Assembly: GCA_037439705.1 (NCBI GenBank)
Contig: JBBIVP010000002.1
Location: 1-35,692 of the forward strand
Direction: 5' to 3'
Source of the DNA: a bacterium
GTDB taxonomy: Bacteria > JBBIVP01
Length of the DNA: 35,692 nt
The notes below the pieces were generated by a model, which was not told the origin of the DNA, did not search any database, and was given only the letters and a program-made list of their open reading frames with translations. Positions within the stretch are counted from its first letter, which is position 1. Each line of letters opens with the position of its first letter. Below, in pieces: positions 6,867 to 15,479 of the stretch. A program made the position numbers and the translations under genes.

Positions 6867-7975
6867 AAACTGAACCCCTTTCCAAAGTGGGTTAAAAGGT
6901 CGTATGAATGCTGATATAAAAGAAGGTCTTTGTTTCTTTCAGAAAATGGTAAGAGGTCTGTGTCATAAATTCCTTTGAGAACGGGAAGGGTTTTTAAAAG
7001 ATAGTCTTCAGCCATTTCCAGATTTTTTTCAAGTTCGTTAATTTTATCTTCAAAAAATTTCTTCGTATGACAGTTCATACAGAGGTTTTTTAGTACCTCC
7101 TTTCTTTTGTTCAGAAGTTCCTGCGACTGCTCAACAGGAATTTTTTTATCAGGGAGTAAAGAAATTCCCCTTTTTGCCAGTCTCAAAATTTTAAATGAAA
7201 ATTCTTTATGAAGTCCAACCGTATGACTTCCATTCACCATGTGGCAGGTTACACAAACAGGCGAATCGGGATTTGATGAGGCAGGAAGTAATAAAGAGGG
7301 CTTCCAGCCTTCAATTTTTAATTCCCAGTTCCATCTATCTTCCATTGCCTTAAAAATGGTTCCATGGGATGAGGACAGAAAGTAATAATAAACCCTTTTT
7401 TCATTTCCATCGTGGCAACGGGCACAGGTTTCAGGTCTTCTTGCAGAAGAGGTAGAATAGGTATGAGGAATGTGGCAGGAAGAACAGGCATTTTTTTCTT
7501 TTCCGATGGAATGGCAAGAAGAACATGTATCTTTCATTTCTAAATTCAGCAACTTTACCGCAAGCTCCAGATTTCTCATAGCTGATGAGTGAATTCCATT
7601 TTCAAACTCCTCAAATTGTTTTTTGTGGCATCTCTTGCATGTGTGAAATGATACAGACCTTTTTACCTTTTTGTCCTCGCATTCCGTTTTTTCAGATAAA
7701 ATCTCCTCACCTGATTCTCTTGCAGGAAGATGGCATTCATTACATCCAACTCCCTTTTCTCCGTGCTTGCTTTTCTTCCATCCTGTTATGGAGATTTTTG
7801 ATAACCCCCTTTCCGTATGACACTCATAACATGCCATTGATTCTGCTGAAATATAAGGCTCCGGAACCCTTCCCTTTCTTCTTTGAACCTCAATGCTTCC
7901 TACGATTATGAGTGCAATCAGCATCAAAACCGCAAGGATCCCTGTTACCACCCTTTCATAGGTATAGTCCTTCAT
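6863..7975 (-). CDS. Membrane-anchored octahaem c-type cytochrome
   Basis: N-terminal TM helix plus eight CxxCH motifs: CYECH, CNECH, CKRCH, CSSCH, CSSCH, CARCH, CVTCH, CMNCH. Last gene of the Rieske/cyt b operon. Confidence 0.85.
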   Translation of the reverse strand: MKDYTYERVVTGILAVLMLIALIIVGSIEVQRRKGRVPEPYISAESMACYECHTERGLSKISITGWKKSKHGEKGVGCNECHLPARESGEEILSEKTECEDKKVKRSVSFHTCKRCHKKQFEEFENGIHSSAMRNLELAVKLLNLEMKDTCSSCHSIGKEKNACSSCHIPHTYSTSSARRPETCARCHDGNEKRVYYYFLSSSHGTIFKAMEDRWNWELKIEGWKPSLLLPASSNPDSPVCVTCHMVNGSHTVGLHKEFSFKILRLAKRGISLLPDKKIPVEQSQELLNKRKEVLKNLCMNCHTKKFFEDKINELEKNLEMAEDYLLKTLPVLKGIYDTDLLPFSERNKDLLLYQHSYDLLTHFGKGFSF

Positions 7976-7984
7976 ATTCCCTCC

Positions 7985-8995
7985 TTAATCCAATGATTCT
8001 TTAATTATCGCAAACACAAAATATAGTGTTAATAAAAATCCAGCAGTTCTCAATGCAAATGGAGCATATTTTCCTGCTACTTTTTCTGCCAGTTTTTCAA
8101 CATAAGGATAAAAAAGAAAAAGGAATATAAAAGCGGTAAGCATAATTATTCCCGCTTTGAGTGGAACGAGTTTTAAAAAGAAGTAAACCGGATAAAAATA
8201 CCATTCGGGTTTTATGTGAGAAGGAGTTCTAAAAGGATTGGCTCTTTCTCCAATTTCTGGTGGAAACATCAGGGATATGAGGGTGAGCGCTGTGAAGATA
8301 AATATAAATATGTTTACTTCTAAATAAAGGTGTTCCGGGATGAGGAGATATTTTTTTTCAGATTGAATGGAAACTCCATATTTTCTCACGAGAAGGATGT
8401 GAGTAAAAATAAAAATGGCAAGGAGAAGCGGAAGTATGTAAATATGAAGGGTAAATAGCCTCAATGTTGTGAACTGGCTTATTCTTTCCCCACCTTTTAT
8501 GAGCATTGAAAGGAATCTCCCTATAAGAGGGGCAGATTCCACGAGTTCTGTTCCAACCCGTGTAGCCCAGTAGGAAAGCTGGTCGTGAATGAGGGAATAC
8601 CCTGTAAAACCTGCTCCAAGAGACAGAAATAACATTATCCCTCCTGTAATCCATGTGAATTCTCTTGGGGATGAATACGCCCTTGTTACGAATGTTCTTA
8701 TGAGGTGAAGGAATATGGAAAATATAAAAATTGTCGCTCCGTATTTGTGAAGCCCCCTTATCCACCATCCCATAGAAACCGTATATGTTATTCTTCCTAC
8801 GCTTTCGTATGCTGAATCATAATATGGAACATAATAGATTAAAAGAAAAATTCCTGTAAGAACCTGAAGAAAAAACAGAAAAAAAGGGGTTCCTCCGAGG
8901 GCGTAAAAGAAATTTTTTAACTCCTCAGGTAGGTCTTCGTTGAGGAATTGAAAACTATTCTTCCTCATAAAATCCAACCTCAATGTAAATTCCAT
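7985..8995 (-). CDS. Cytochrome b, b6-like with fused subunit-IV-like C-terminal part (Rieske/cyt b complex)
   Basis: Helix B H-x13-H (HKYGATIFIFSIFLH) and helix D H-x14-H (HIYILPLLLAIFIFTH) are b6-type spacings. PEWYFYP is the Qo-site motif. The start is uncertain: GGAGG abuts the ATG at 8995, so the ATG at 8968 (MRKNSF...) is an alternative. Confidence 0.88.
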   Translation of the reverse strand: MEFTLRLDFMRKNSFQFLNEDLPEELKNFFYALGGTPFFLFFLQVLTGIFLLIYYVPYYDSAYESVGRITYTVSMGWWIRGLHKYGATIFIFSIFLHLIRTFVTRAYSSPREFTWITGGIMLFLSLGAGFTGYSLIHDQLSYWATRVGTELVESAPLIGRFLSMLIKGGERISQFTTLRLFTLHIYILPLLLAIFIFTHILLVRKYGVSIQSEKKYLLIPEHLYLEVNIFIFIFTALTLISLMFPPEIGERANPFRTPSHIKPEWYFYPVYFFLKLVPLKAGIIMLTAFIFLFLFYPYVEKLAEKVAGKYAPFALRTAGFLLTLYFVFAIIKESLD

Positions 8996-9389
8996 CCTCC
9001 TTTATCTCGGTGGTCAATTTTTTTAACGGAGAAGGAGCCGGTCCTGATAATACCTTTCCATTTTCATCAAAAATTGCTCCGTGGCAGGGGCATTTGAATT
9101 TTTTTTCAGAAGGATTCCATTCAACCCTGCAGCCCAGATGTGTGCAGGTGGAGGAGAATGTTTCTATTTTTTCTTTCCTTTTTATAAGGATAAGAACTTC
9201 GTCTTTAAATTTTATTTCTTTAAAGCCTTCTTCCAGTTCCGAAACCCTGCCCCCATAAATTACAACTTTTTCTCTTTTTGAGCTCCTTACGACATATCTT
9301 ATAAGGTTTTTAATTCCAAAAAATGAGCCGAAAAGGATGGAGAAATAAAGAAGTATTTTTGATAAAAAAAACCTTCTCTTTATTTTCAT
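8955..9389 (-). CDS. Rieske [2Fe-2S] protein with Tat signal
   Basis: CTHLGC...CPCHG cluster-binding boxes. N-terminal KRRFFLSK twin-arginine motif plus a hydrophobic helix. Confidence 0.9.
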   Translation of the reverse strand: MKIKRRFFLSKILLYFSILFGSFFGIKNLIRYVVRSSKREKVVIYGGRVSELEEGFKEIKFKDEVLILIKRKEKIETFSSTCTHLGCRVEWNPSEKKFKCPCHGAIFDENGKVLSGPAPSPLKKLTTEIKEDGIYIEVGFYEEE

Positions 9390-10846
9390 TCCTGTTTCTT
9401 TTCCAAAAGTTCTCTGTCAATTTCCACCGGATAAATGCTTCTCATCCTTATAAGAAGTTCCGTCTGGATTATATCAAATTGCTCCTTTTCATATGCGGTT
9501 CTTATTTCATCCTTTCTTTTCTCAAACTCTTTTTTATCCGGTTTTTGAAGGTCCTTTAAAATCAAAACATAATATGCTCCGTTGAAAAAAACAGGTTTTT
9601 CGCTCACCCTTTTTGATTCTCCAAGAAGCCATGCATATATTACAATCTCCTTTGCCATACCCAGTTCTTTTATTTCCATATCCAGCAGTGAAAAGGGATG
9701 GGTAGGTTCAAGTTTAAACCCCATTTCCCTTGCCTTTTTTTCTGGATTTTTAAGGTCCTTTATCTTTTCTATCAACTCTTCAGCCTTCTTTCTCGCAGAT
9801 TCCATCCTTTCCATTTCCAGAACTTTTTCTTTAACTTTTGGAAGTGCTTCCTCAAATTCAAGAACTTCTCCTGTTATTATTCCCTGAAGTTTAAAAATGA
9901 TGGCTTTTTCATCAAGAACAATTGGTTCACCTACATCTCCTTCTTTCATCGTAAAAGCCTTATCCGTGATTTCCTGTGAAGATGGAAGGTCAACCGGGAA
10001 AGGGCTCATTTTTTCAAATGGTGGGGTTTCACTGCATGAAATTCCTTTATCTACGCACACAGATTCAAATCCCTTTTCTTTCATTTCTTCATATATTTCT
10101 TTTATTCTCTTTGAAAATACTTCAGGGGTTTCTCCTTCACCTTTATTAATGATTGCATACCTTATTATTCTCTTTTCACCACCTCTGAATTCCTCTTTGT
10201 GAGACTCATAGTATTCCTTTAATTTTTCTTCCGATACCTTCACCTTCATATCCTTCGGGTCAAATTTCACAAGATAAATGGAGAGTTTGGTATTTTTAAG
10301 TTCATAATCTTTCCAGAGGTCTTCATCGGAAATTGTTATTGCATCTTTCAAAAGGGAAAGGAGCTTTGAAGAAAGTATTTCCAGTTTCAATCTCTTCTCA
10401 AACTCTTCCGGGAAAATCCTGTTGCTTTTAAGAATGGAAAGATAATCCTTCCTGCTTATATTCCCCCTTATTCCGAGAACCCTCCTTATTTCCGAATTGA
10501 GTTCGTCATCAGAAACCCTGTAGCCTATCTTTTCAGCCTCATTTGCAATAAGCCATGAGTTTATGAGAACCTGAACCACCATTTCTTTCAGCATTTTTTC
10601 ATCAAGGTTCTTAAATTCCTCCTTTTCCCTTGCAATTTCAAGCATCCTTGAATAAGCCATGGAGAAATCCCTTGGAGTTATGTACAACTTTCCCGCTTTT
10701 GCAACATTTCCGCGAAGCCCTTTTATGGAGCATGAACGCCATACTGCTGTGAGGATGCTGAATCCTATAAAGAATGAAGTAGCAACTGCAAGAAGTATAA
10801 TTTTTGCTACAGGAGATTTTGAATACTTTCTGACTATATCAAGCAT
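9386..10846 (-). CDS. PpiD/SurA-N-like periplasmic chaperone, membrane anchored; no clear parvulin signature
   Basis: N-terminal TM anchor (VAKIILLAVATSFFIGFSILTAV) and long helical SurA-N-like regions. ATGA overlap with the Rieske gene. Family call is by overall pattern only. Confidence 0.6.
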   Translation of the reverse strand: MLDIVRKYSKSPVAKIILLAVATSFFIGFSILTAVWRSCSIKGLRGNVAKAGKLYITPRDFSMAYSRMLEIAREKEEFKNLDEKMLKEMVVQVLINSWLIANEAEKIGYRVSDDELNSEIRRVLGIRGNISRKDYLSILKSNRIFPEEFEKRLKLEILSSKLLSLLKDAITISDEDLWKDYELKNTKLSIYLVKFDPKDMKVKVSEEKLKEYYESHKEEFRGGEKRIIRYAIINKGEGETPEVFSKRIKEIYEEMKEKGFESVCVDKGISCSETPPFEKMSPFPVDLPSSQEITDKAFTMKEGDVGEPIVLDEKAIIFKLQGIITGEVLEFEEALPKVKEKVLEMERMESARKKAEELIEKIKDLKNPEKKAREMGFKLEPTHPFSLLDMEIKELGMAKEIVIYAWLLGESKRVSEKPVFFNGAYYVLILKDLQKPDKKEFEKRKDEIRTAYEKEQFDIIQTELLIRMRSIYPVEIDRELLEKKQE

Positions 10847-10855
10847 AATTCCTCC

Positions 10856-12055
10856 TCAATAAGACCTCGGAAGTCCGAGGACATGTTCGCTTATGTAATT
10901 CAGAATCATTTCTTTTGAAACAGGTGCAGTTTTTAAAAGCCTTGCTGCCTCCCACATATAGATGAGTGCGTTTTCCTCGCTGAAGCCATTCCCACCAAGC
11001 GTTTCTATTGCTCTATCAACAGCCATTATGGCAAGCTCAGCACCGAGGTATTTTGCCATATTTGCGTATGCTCCTACTATTCCCGGCTCCAAATCCTTAT
11101 CAAAAGCCCATCCCGCCCTGTATGTTAGAAGTCTCACTGCTTCCTGATAAATTTTAACCTCTGCAAGTGGATGCTGAATTGCCTGATAGGCACCAATTGG
11201 CGTATCTCTGAAAACCCTTCTTTCCTTTGCATATTCCACTGCGACATTGAGGCAGAATTCGGAAAGACCAACAGCAGAGGCAGAAGCAAGAATTCTTTCA
11301 GGGTTTAAGCCCTTGAAAAGGGCAAATGCACCTGCATTTTCTTCTCCTATTATATTTTCTTCTGGAACTTCAACTTCATCAAAAAATATGGTGCACTGAT
11401 TTGTTCCCTCAATTCCCCTCATGGGCATTGTATTTACTGTTATTCCCTTTGACTTCATATCAACTATAAAAAGAGTTAACCCGTATGCTTTTGGAAATCC
11501 TTTTTCCACAACTTCATTATATGGAACTGTTCTTGTAACGAGCAGGATGTAATCAGCCACATTTGCACCGGTTATGAATGTCTTGGAACCGTTAATGATA
11601 TAATAGCGGTTTTTCTTTTGAGCCAGTGTCTTTATACGAAATGTATTCGTTCCAGCATCTGCTTCTGTAACTCCGAGGGCACACTTGAGTTTTCCCTCTG
11701 CAATTTGGGGAAGAAATTTTTTCTTCAGTTCCTCACTTCCGTTTTTGAGGATACAGCAGGCATCAACGACGGTAAGGATTAAAAGCGCATTTCCAAATCC
11801 AAGGCTTGAAAGTTCTTCAACTGTAAAAATCATTGTGAGGAGTCCACTACCTGTTCCTCCGTATTCAGGAGGAATTACGCTTCCTATGTATCCTGCTCGT
11901 GCAATCTCTTCCCATATTTCATAGGGAAATTCCTTCCTTTTTATGATTTTCTCCCTGAGCTCGGTCTTCTTTTTCTCAAATTTTTTGAAGAGGGAACGAA
12001 CACCTTCCTTTATCATCTTCTGTTCTTCACTGAGTTCAAAACTGAGTCCATTCAT
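10856..12055 (-). CDS. Acyl-CoA dehydrogenase
   Basis: ACAD pattern throughout: SEEQKMIKE..., YGGTG, GVTEADAGTN, IINGSKTFITGA, GGNGFSEE. The ATG at 12055 has AAAGGAGG 7 nt upstream, so the track start at 12103 is over-extended. Confidence 0.9.
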   Translation of the reverse strand: MNGLSFELSEEQKMIKEGVRSLFKKFEKKKTELREKIIKRKEFPYEIWEEIARAGYIGSVIPPEYGGTGSGLLTMIFTVEELSSLGFGNALLILTVVDACCILKNGSEELKKKFLPQIAEGKLKCALGVTEADAGTNTFRIKTLAQKKNRYYIINGSKTFITGANVADYILLVTRTVPYNEVVEKGFPKAYGLTLFIVDMKSKGITVNTMPMRGIEGTNQCTIFFDEVEVPEENIIGEENAGAFALFKGLNPERILASASAVGLSEFCLNVAVEYAKERRVFRDTPIGAYQAIQHPLAEVKIYQEAVRLLTYRAGWAFDKDLEPGIVGAYANMAKYLGAELAIMAVDRAIETLGGNGFSEENALIYMWEAARLLKTAPVSKEMILNYISEHVLGLPRSY

Positions 12056-12075
12056 TACAAACCTCCTTTTTTTGA

Positions 12076-12103
12076 ATAATAGCAACTTATCTTTCCATTT
12101 CAA
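12076..12103 (-). promoter_or_regulatory. Sigma70-like promoter for the acyl-CoA dehydrogenase gene (leadered)
   Basis: Reverse strand: TTGAAA (12103..12098) - 16 nt - TATTAT (12081..12076), followed by a Shine-Dalgarno sequence and the ATG at 12055. Confidence 0.3.
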
Positions 12104-12127
12104 GAAAAATCTGATAAAATTTTAAAT

Positions 12128-13528
12128 ATGAAGGTTCTCCTTATAAAACCGAGGTTCATAAAAAGAGCATTGAATGCGGCAACCCCTCCAATAGGGCTTG
12201 CCTATCTTGCTTCCTATTTGAGGGATAAGGAAAGATCAGCAAAAATAAAAATCCTTGATATGCTTTTTTGCGATGAGACCTACCTTGTAGAGGAAATAAA
12301 GAATTTTTCTCCTGATGTTGTAGGCATTAGCGCATTGACAATTGAGGCAGAGAATATGCACAGGGTAGCCCTTTTGACAAAAAGGATTTCAAGAAAGATA
12401 TTTGTCCTTGCAGGTGGTCCGCATCCAACCCTTTTCTCAAACGATGTCCTTTCAGATGGAAACATTGATTATGTAGTTAAAGGAGAAGGTGAAAGGACAT
12501 TTCATGAACTCCTTCTTTCACTATATGCAGGAAAGGAACCAATAGATGTTAAGTGAATTCTTTACAGGAAAAACGGTGAGATATTTTTTACAGGTGAGAG
12601 GGAGCCAATTTATGACCTTGACTCAATCCCATTTCCCGCATGGGAACTTCTTCCAGTTGAAAGGTATAGAAAATTAAAAAAATTCAGTGTAGTTCGCTCT
12701 GATTTCAAATACCTCCCAATTTTCACATCAAGAGCCTGCCCTTATGGATGTATATATTGCCACAGGATATTCGGAAGGGGGTTCAGGAAAAGAAGTCCTG
12801 AGAACCTTCTTTCAGAGATGGAGGAGTTCATAAAAAGGTTCGGGATTGAAAAGTTTGAGGTTATTGATGATATATTCAACCTTGATGAGGAAAGGGCAAG
12901 AATGATATGCGAGGGAATTATAAAAAGGGGATGGAAAATCCTTCTTTCATTTCCAAACGGTTTGAGGGGAGACAGGCTCTCTTTTGAAACACTCAAACTT
13001 ATGAAAGATGCTGGAACCTATTACATAAGTTTTGCAATTGAATCAGCATCAGAAAGGATTCAGAGATTGATAAAGAAGAACCTTGATGTTGAAAAGACAT
13101 TAAGGGCAATTGAATGGGCTGTGAATCTCCGAATATGGACGATGGGATACTTTATGCTCGGATTTCCAACAGAAACAGAGGAAGAGATAAAGAAAACAAT
13201 TGATTGTGCAAGAAAATCAAAACTTCACATAGCCCTGTTTTTTATAGTCACGCCTTTCAAGGGAACGGAACTCTATGAAACCTACATTCAGGATGCATAT
13301 ATCCCGTATTCGCACTATCATTATTACACAGACCATTACAACCTTTCAGCAGTTGATGGGAAAACCTTGAGGAAACTTTATAAATTTGCATACTGGAAAT
13401 TTTACTCATCACCTTTAAGGGCTTTCAGAATAATAAGGGATTATCCAACTAATAGATTCGGGATAATAAAGCAGTCCTTTTCCCTCTTTTTTGAAGGGCA
13501 AACTAATCCCGAGAAGACGAAATTTTAG
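12128..13528 (+). pseudogene. B12-binding-domain radical SAM enzyme interrupted by a single in-frame TGA (12554..12556); pseudogene, read-through/recoded gene, or sequence error
   Basis: Track fragments 12128..12556 and 12818..13528 are in the same frame (690 nt apart). The stretch between them translates without further stops as ILYRKNGEIFFTGEREPIYDLDSIPFPAWELL...TSRACPYGCIYCH, carrying the CxxxCxxC motif at 12737..12760. The N-terminal part has the B12-binding Rossmann pattern (DVVGISALT, AGGPHPT). Confidence 0.8.
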
Positions 13529-14288
13529 GGCATCTTTTTGAATAAAAATACATAAGAATTGGAATCCATATAAAGAATATAATTATGCACAAAAACTGGG
13601 TTAACGAAAGGCTTCCAATTGCAGGTTTTCTGAATCTAATGAAGTCAAAGGAAAATCTCTGAACCGAAAGAAGAAGTGGTATCCACAAAGATGTCTCACC
13701 ATAGTATTTTTTGAATCTGTTCATAAAAATTGCAATAAATCCGAGAATGATTCCTCCGAATCCTTCATAAATTTGAACAGGATGGAGTTTCTGCCCGGGA
13801 AAGAAATATCCTGCAATGCTATTCTCTGGAAATTTTACCCCCCATGGAAGGTCTGTTGGAAGACCGAAGCAACAGCCTGTTAAGAAACATCCGAAAATTT
13901 TCATAAATGCATAGCCAAAGAAGACGACGGGTGTGAATTCATCGTAGAACCTCCACAGGTTCTCGGTCTTTTTTCTCAAATAAAAAAGTGAAAGGGTTCC
14001 GCCCATGAGGATTATCCCTGGAAATGAATTCCCCCACATTATATACCTTTCAATTGAAGATGGCTCTTCAATTATCCTTCCAATTTTTGAGATTATGAAA
14101 ATCACCCTCCATCCTATAACCCCCGCTACGAATGTTATCATTGAAAAATTTATATAAACCTCTTTTGATATACCCATTCTTTCAGTCAAAAAATATCCTC
14201 CAAGGATTATGCCAATTGCAGTTAAACAAAGAGCTAAATGATATGTATGGATTATGAAATCTCCCCTCTCAAAGAGGTGGGGTAGCAA
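13503..14288 (-). CDS. lgt: Prolipoprotein diacylglyceryl transferase (Lgt) family protein, divergent
   Basis: Polytopic membrane protein with HPVQIYE (Lgt HPxQLYE signature), WGNSFPG (cf. GGMSFHGG), GCFLTGCCFG central motif and QRFSFDFIRFRKP (cf. FRxxxEFFRxPD). Starts 3 nt after the PA14 gene stop. Converges on the rSAM gene with a 26-nt overlap. Confidence 0.75.
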   Translation of the reverse strand: MLPHLFERGDFIIHTYHLALCLTAIGIILGGYFLTERMGISKEVYINFSMITFVAGVIGWRVIFIISKIGRIIEEPSSIERYIMWGNSFPGIILMGGTLSLFYLRKKTENLWRFYDEFTPVVFFGYAFMKIFGCFLTGCCFGLPTDLPWGVKFPENSIAGYFFPGQKLHPVQIYEGFGGIILGFIAIFMNRFKKYYGETSLWIPLLLSVQRFSFDFIRFRKPAIGSLSLTQFLCIIIFFIWIPILMYFYSKRCPKISSSRD

Positions 14289-14291
14289 AAC

Positions 14292-15479
14292 CTATCTTCT
14301 CTTAAATTTTGTTCTTAAAAGAAGTGAAATGATGAAGATGAGTGGAATAATGAGAAGTATATCCGTTCTTTTGAAGCCTGTTGAAATACATCCACCACCT
14401 GCAATCATTCCTGGAGAGGTTGGATTGCATGCCTTCTCAGATAATGCAAGGTATCTTTCAGGAATGGGAGTAATTGCAGTTCCTGGATTGCTGTCGCAAT
14501 TTGCTCCCCCTAAAGTGGTTGAGCCCAATTCAGCGACTGCATTTCCCTGTGTCTCAAAGAACTCAAGGACAAGGAGGTGAAGACCAGGGGTTAGTGATAG
14601 ACTTATTGGTGGTGTCTCCATTGTTGTATCTGTGGAGTTTACATTCCAGTTACTGAATACAACTCCGTCATCAACTATAAATCTTATAGCATCATTGTAC
14701 CTGATACAGAAGTTATATGTTCCAGCGGTAGGAATTACAACATTTCCACTCCACCGGACCGAGAAATAATCATAAGGCATTCCTGATGGATATGATGGAG
14801 CATTTGTCCCCCAGTTGTAACCAACATTGTTATCATACCATATTCCTTTCAGGGATGTGAACTCTCCAGGTGATGCATCCGTGTAGTATTCTCCCCTTAA
14901 TCCAGGCATATATATCAATGTTACAGGAAATGGATAATCCTCATTTCCGCATGTTCCATTTCCTGTTCCTGCTCTATCCAGCCCGAACCATGCAGTTGCT
15001 CCACTTGTTGTCTCACAGTATTGAACCTCTATAAGGTGATAACCAGCGGATAGGCTTATATTAACATAACAATGGCTCGGACCTTTGTCCCTCCAGCAAT
15101 CGCTTCCATCTGAAAGCCTGTATTCAGTCCCATCAACGAACATCCTCACCCCATCATCCGTATAGGCGCAGAACCTATATGTTCCACTTGTTGAAACATT
15201 GAACAATCCCTTCCACCAAACTCCAAAATAATCTGCCTGTCCAGCAAGTCCTGGATAGCCACTCCCCCAGTTAAACTGGATATTATCATCTGTCTGTTTT
15301 CCTCTTAAGTTCCATGTCCACCCTGTTCCTGTGCATGTTCCAGAAGAGCCTGAGAGTGTATAATACTCTCCCTTCCATGTGTTTATGTAGTCCCTGTATT
15401 CGCAGTTTCCAACAACATACTTTGCTGAATAACAATAACTTGGAATAAGAAGCCCTATCAATACAACTATTCTCTTCAT
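14292..15479 (-). CDS. Secreted protein with two PA14 domains and a C-terminal Cys / TM / basic tripartite tail
   Basis: Signal peptide MKRIVVLIGLLIPSYCYSA. Two PA14-like blocks: ...DYFGVWWKG...GTYRFCAYTDDGVRMFVDG... and ...DYFSVRWSG...GTYNFCIRYNDAIRFIVDD.... The tail is IAGGGC (Cys codon 14388..14390) followed by ISTGFKRTDILLIIPLIFIISLLLRTKFKRR. Confidence 0.8.
   Translation of the reverse strand: MKRIVVLIGLLIPSYCYSAKYVVGNCEYRDYINTWKGEYYTLSGSSGTCTGTGWTWNLRGKQTDDNIQFNWGSGYPGLAGQADYFGVWWKGLFNVSTSGTYRFCAYTDDGVRMFVDGTEYRLSDGSDCWRDKGPSHCYVNISLSAGYHLIEVQYCETTSGATAWFGLDRAGTGNGTCGNEDYPFPVTLIYMPGLRGEYYTDASPGEFTSLKGIWYDNNVGYNWGTNAPSYPSGMPYDYFSVRWSGNVVIPTAGTYNFCIRYNDAIRFIVDDGVVFSNWNVNSTDTTMETPPISLSLTPGLHLLVLEFFETQGNAVAELGSTTLGGANCDSNPGTAITPIPERYLALSEKACNPTSPGMIAGGGCISTGFKRTDILLIIPLIFIISLLLRTKFKRR

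Noticed and set aside
8358-8768. 136-aa same-strand, alternative-frame ORF inside the cytochrome b gene
   Set aside because: It is embedded in a gene whose frame is validated by haem-ligand spacing and the PEWY motif. It has no Shine-Dalgarno sequence and no recognisable motif.
12554-12556. Genome-wide UGA=Gly reassignment (genetic code 25), as in SR1/Gracilibacteria, to explain the in-frame TGA at a Gly position
   Set aside because: TGA is a bona fide terminator in this same window. map ends ...AAVLTY-TGA 4 nt before the infA ATG. secY ends ...RRVFR-TGA in an ATGA overlap with adk. rplX ends in a GTGA overlap with rplE. All three have conserved C-terminal lengths. Only local read-through, a mutation or an error remain plausible.
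12554-12620. Selenocysteine insertion at the TGA in the radical SAM gene
   Set aside because: I could not find a stem-loop (bacterial SECIS) in the ~60 nt downstream. The region holds direct repeats (tttacagg, ggtgag) rather than inverted ones. The aligned position is a structural Gly, not a redox Cys. This was not tested computationally.
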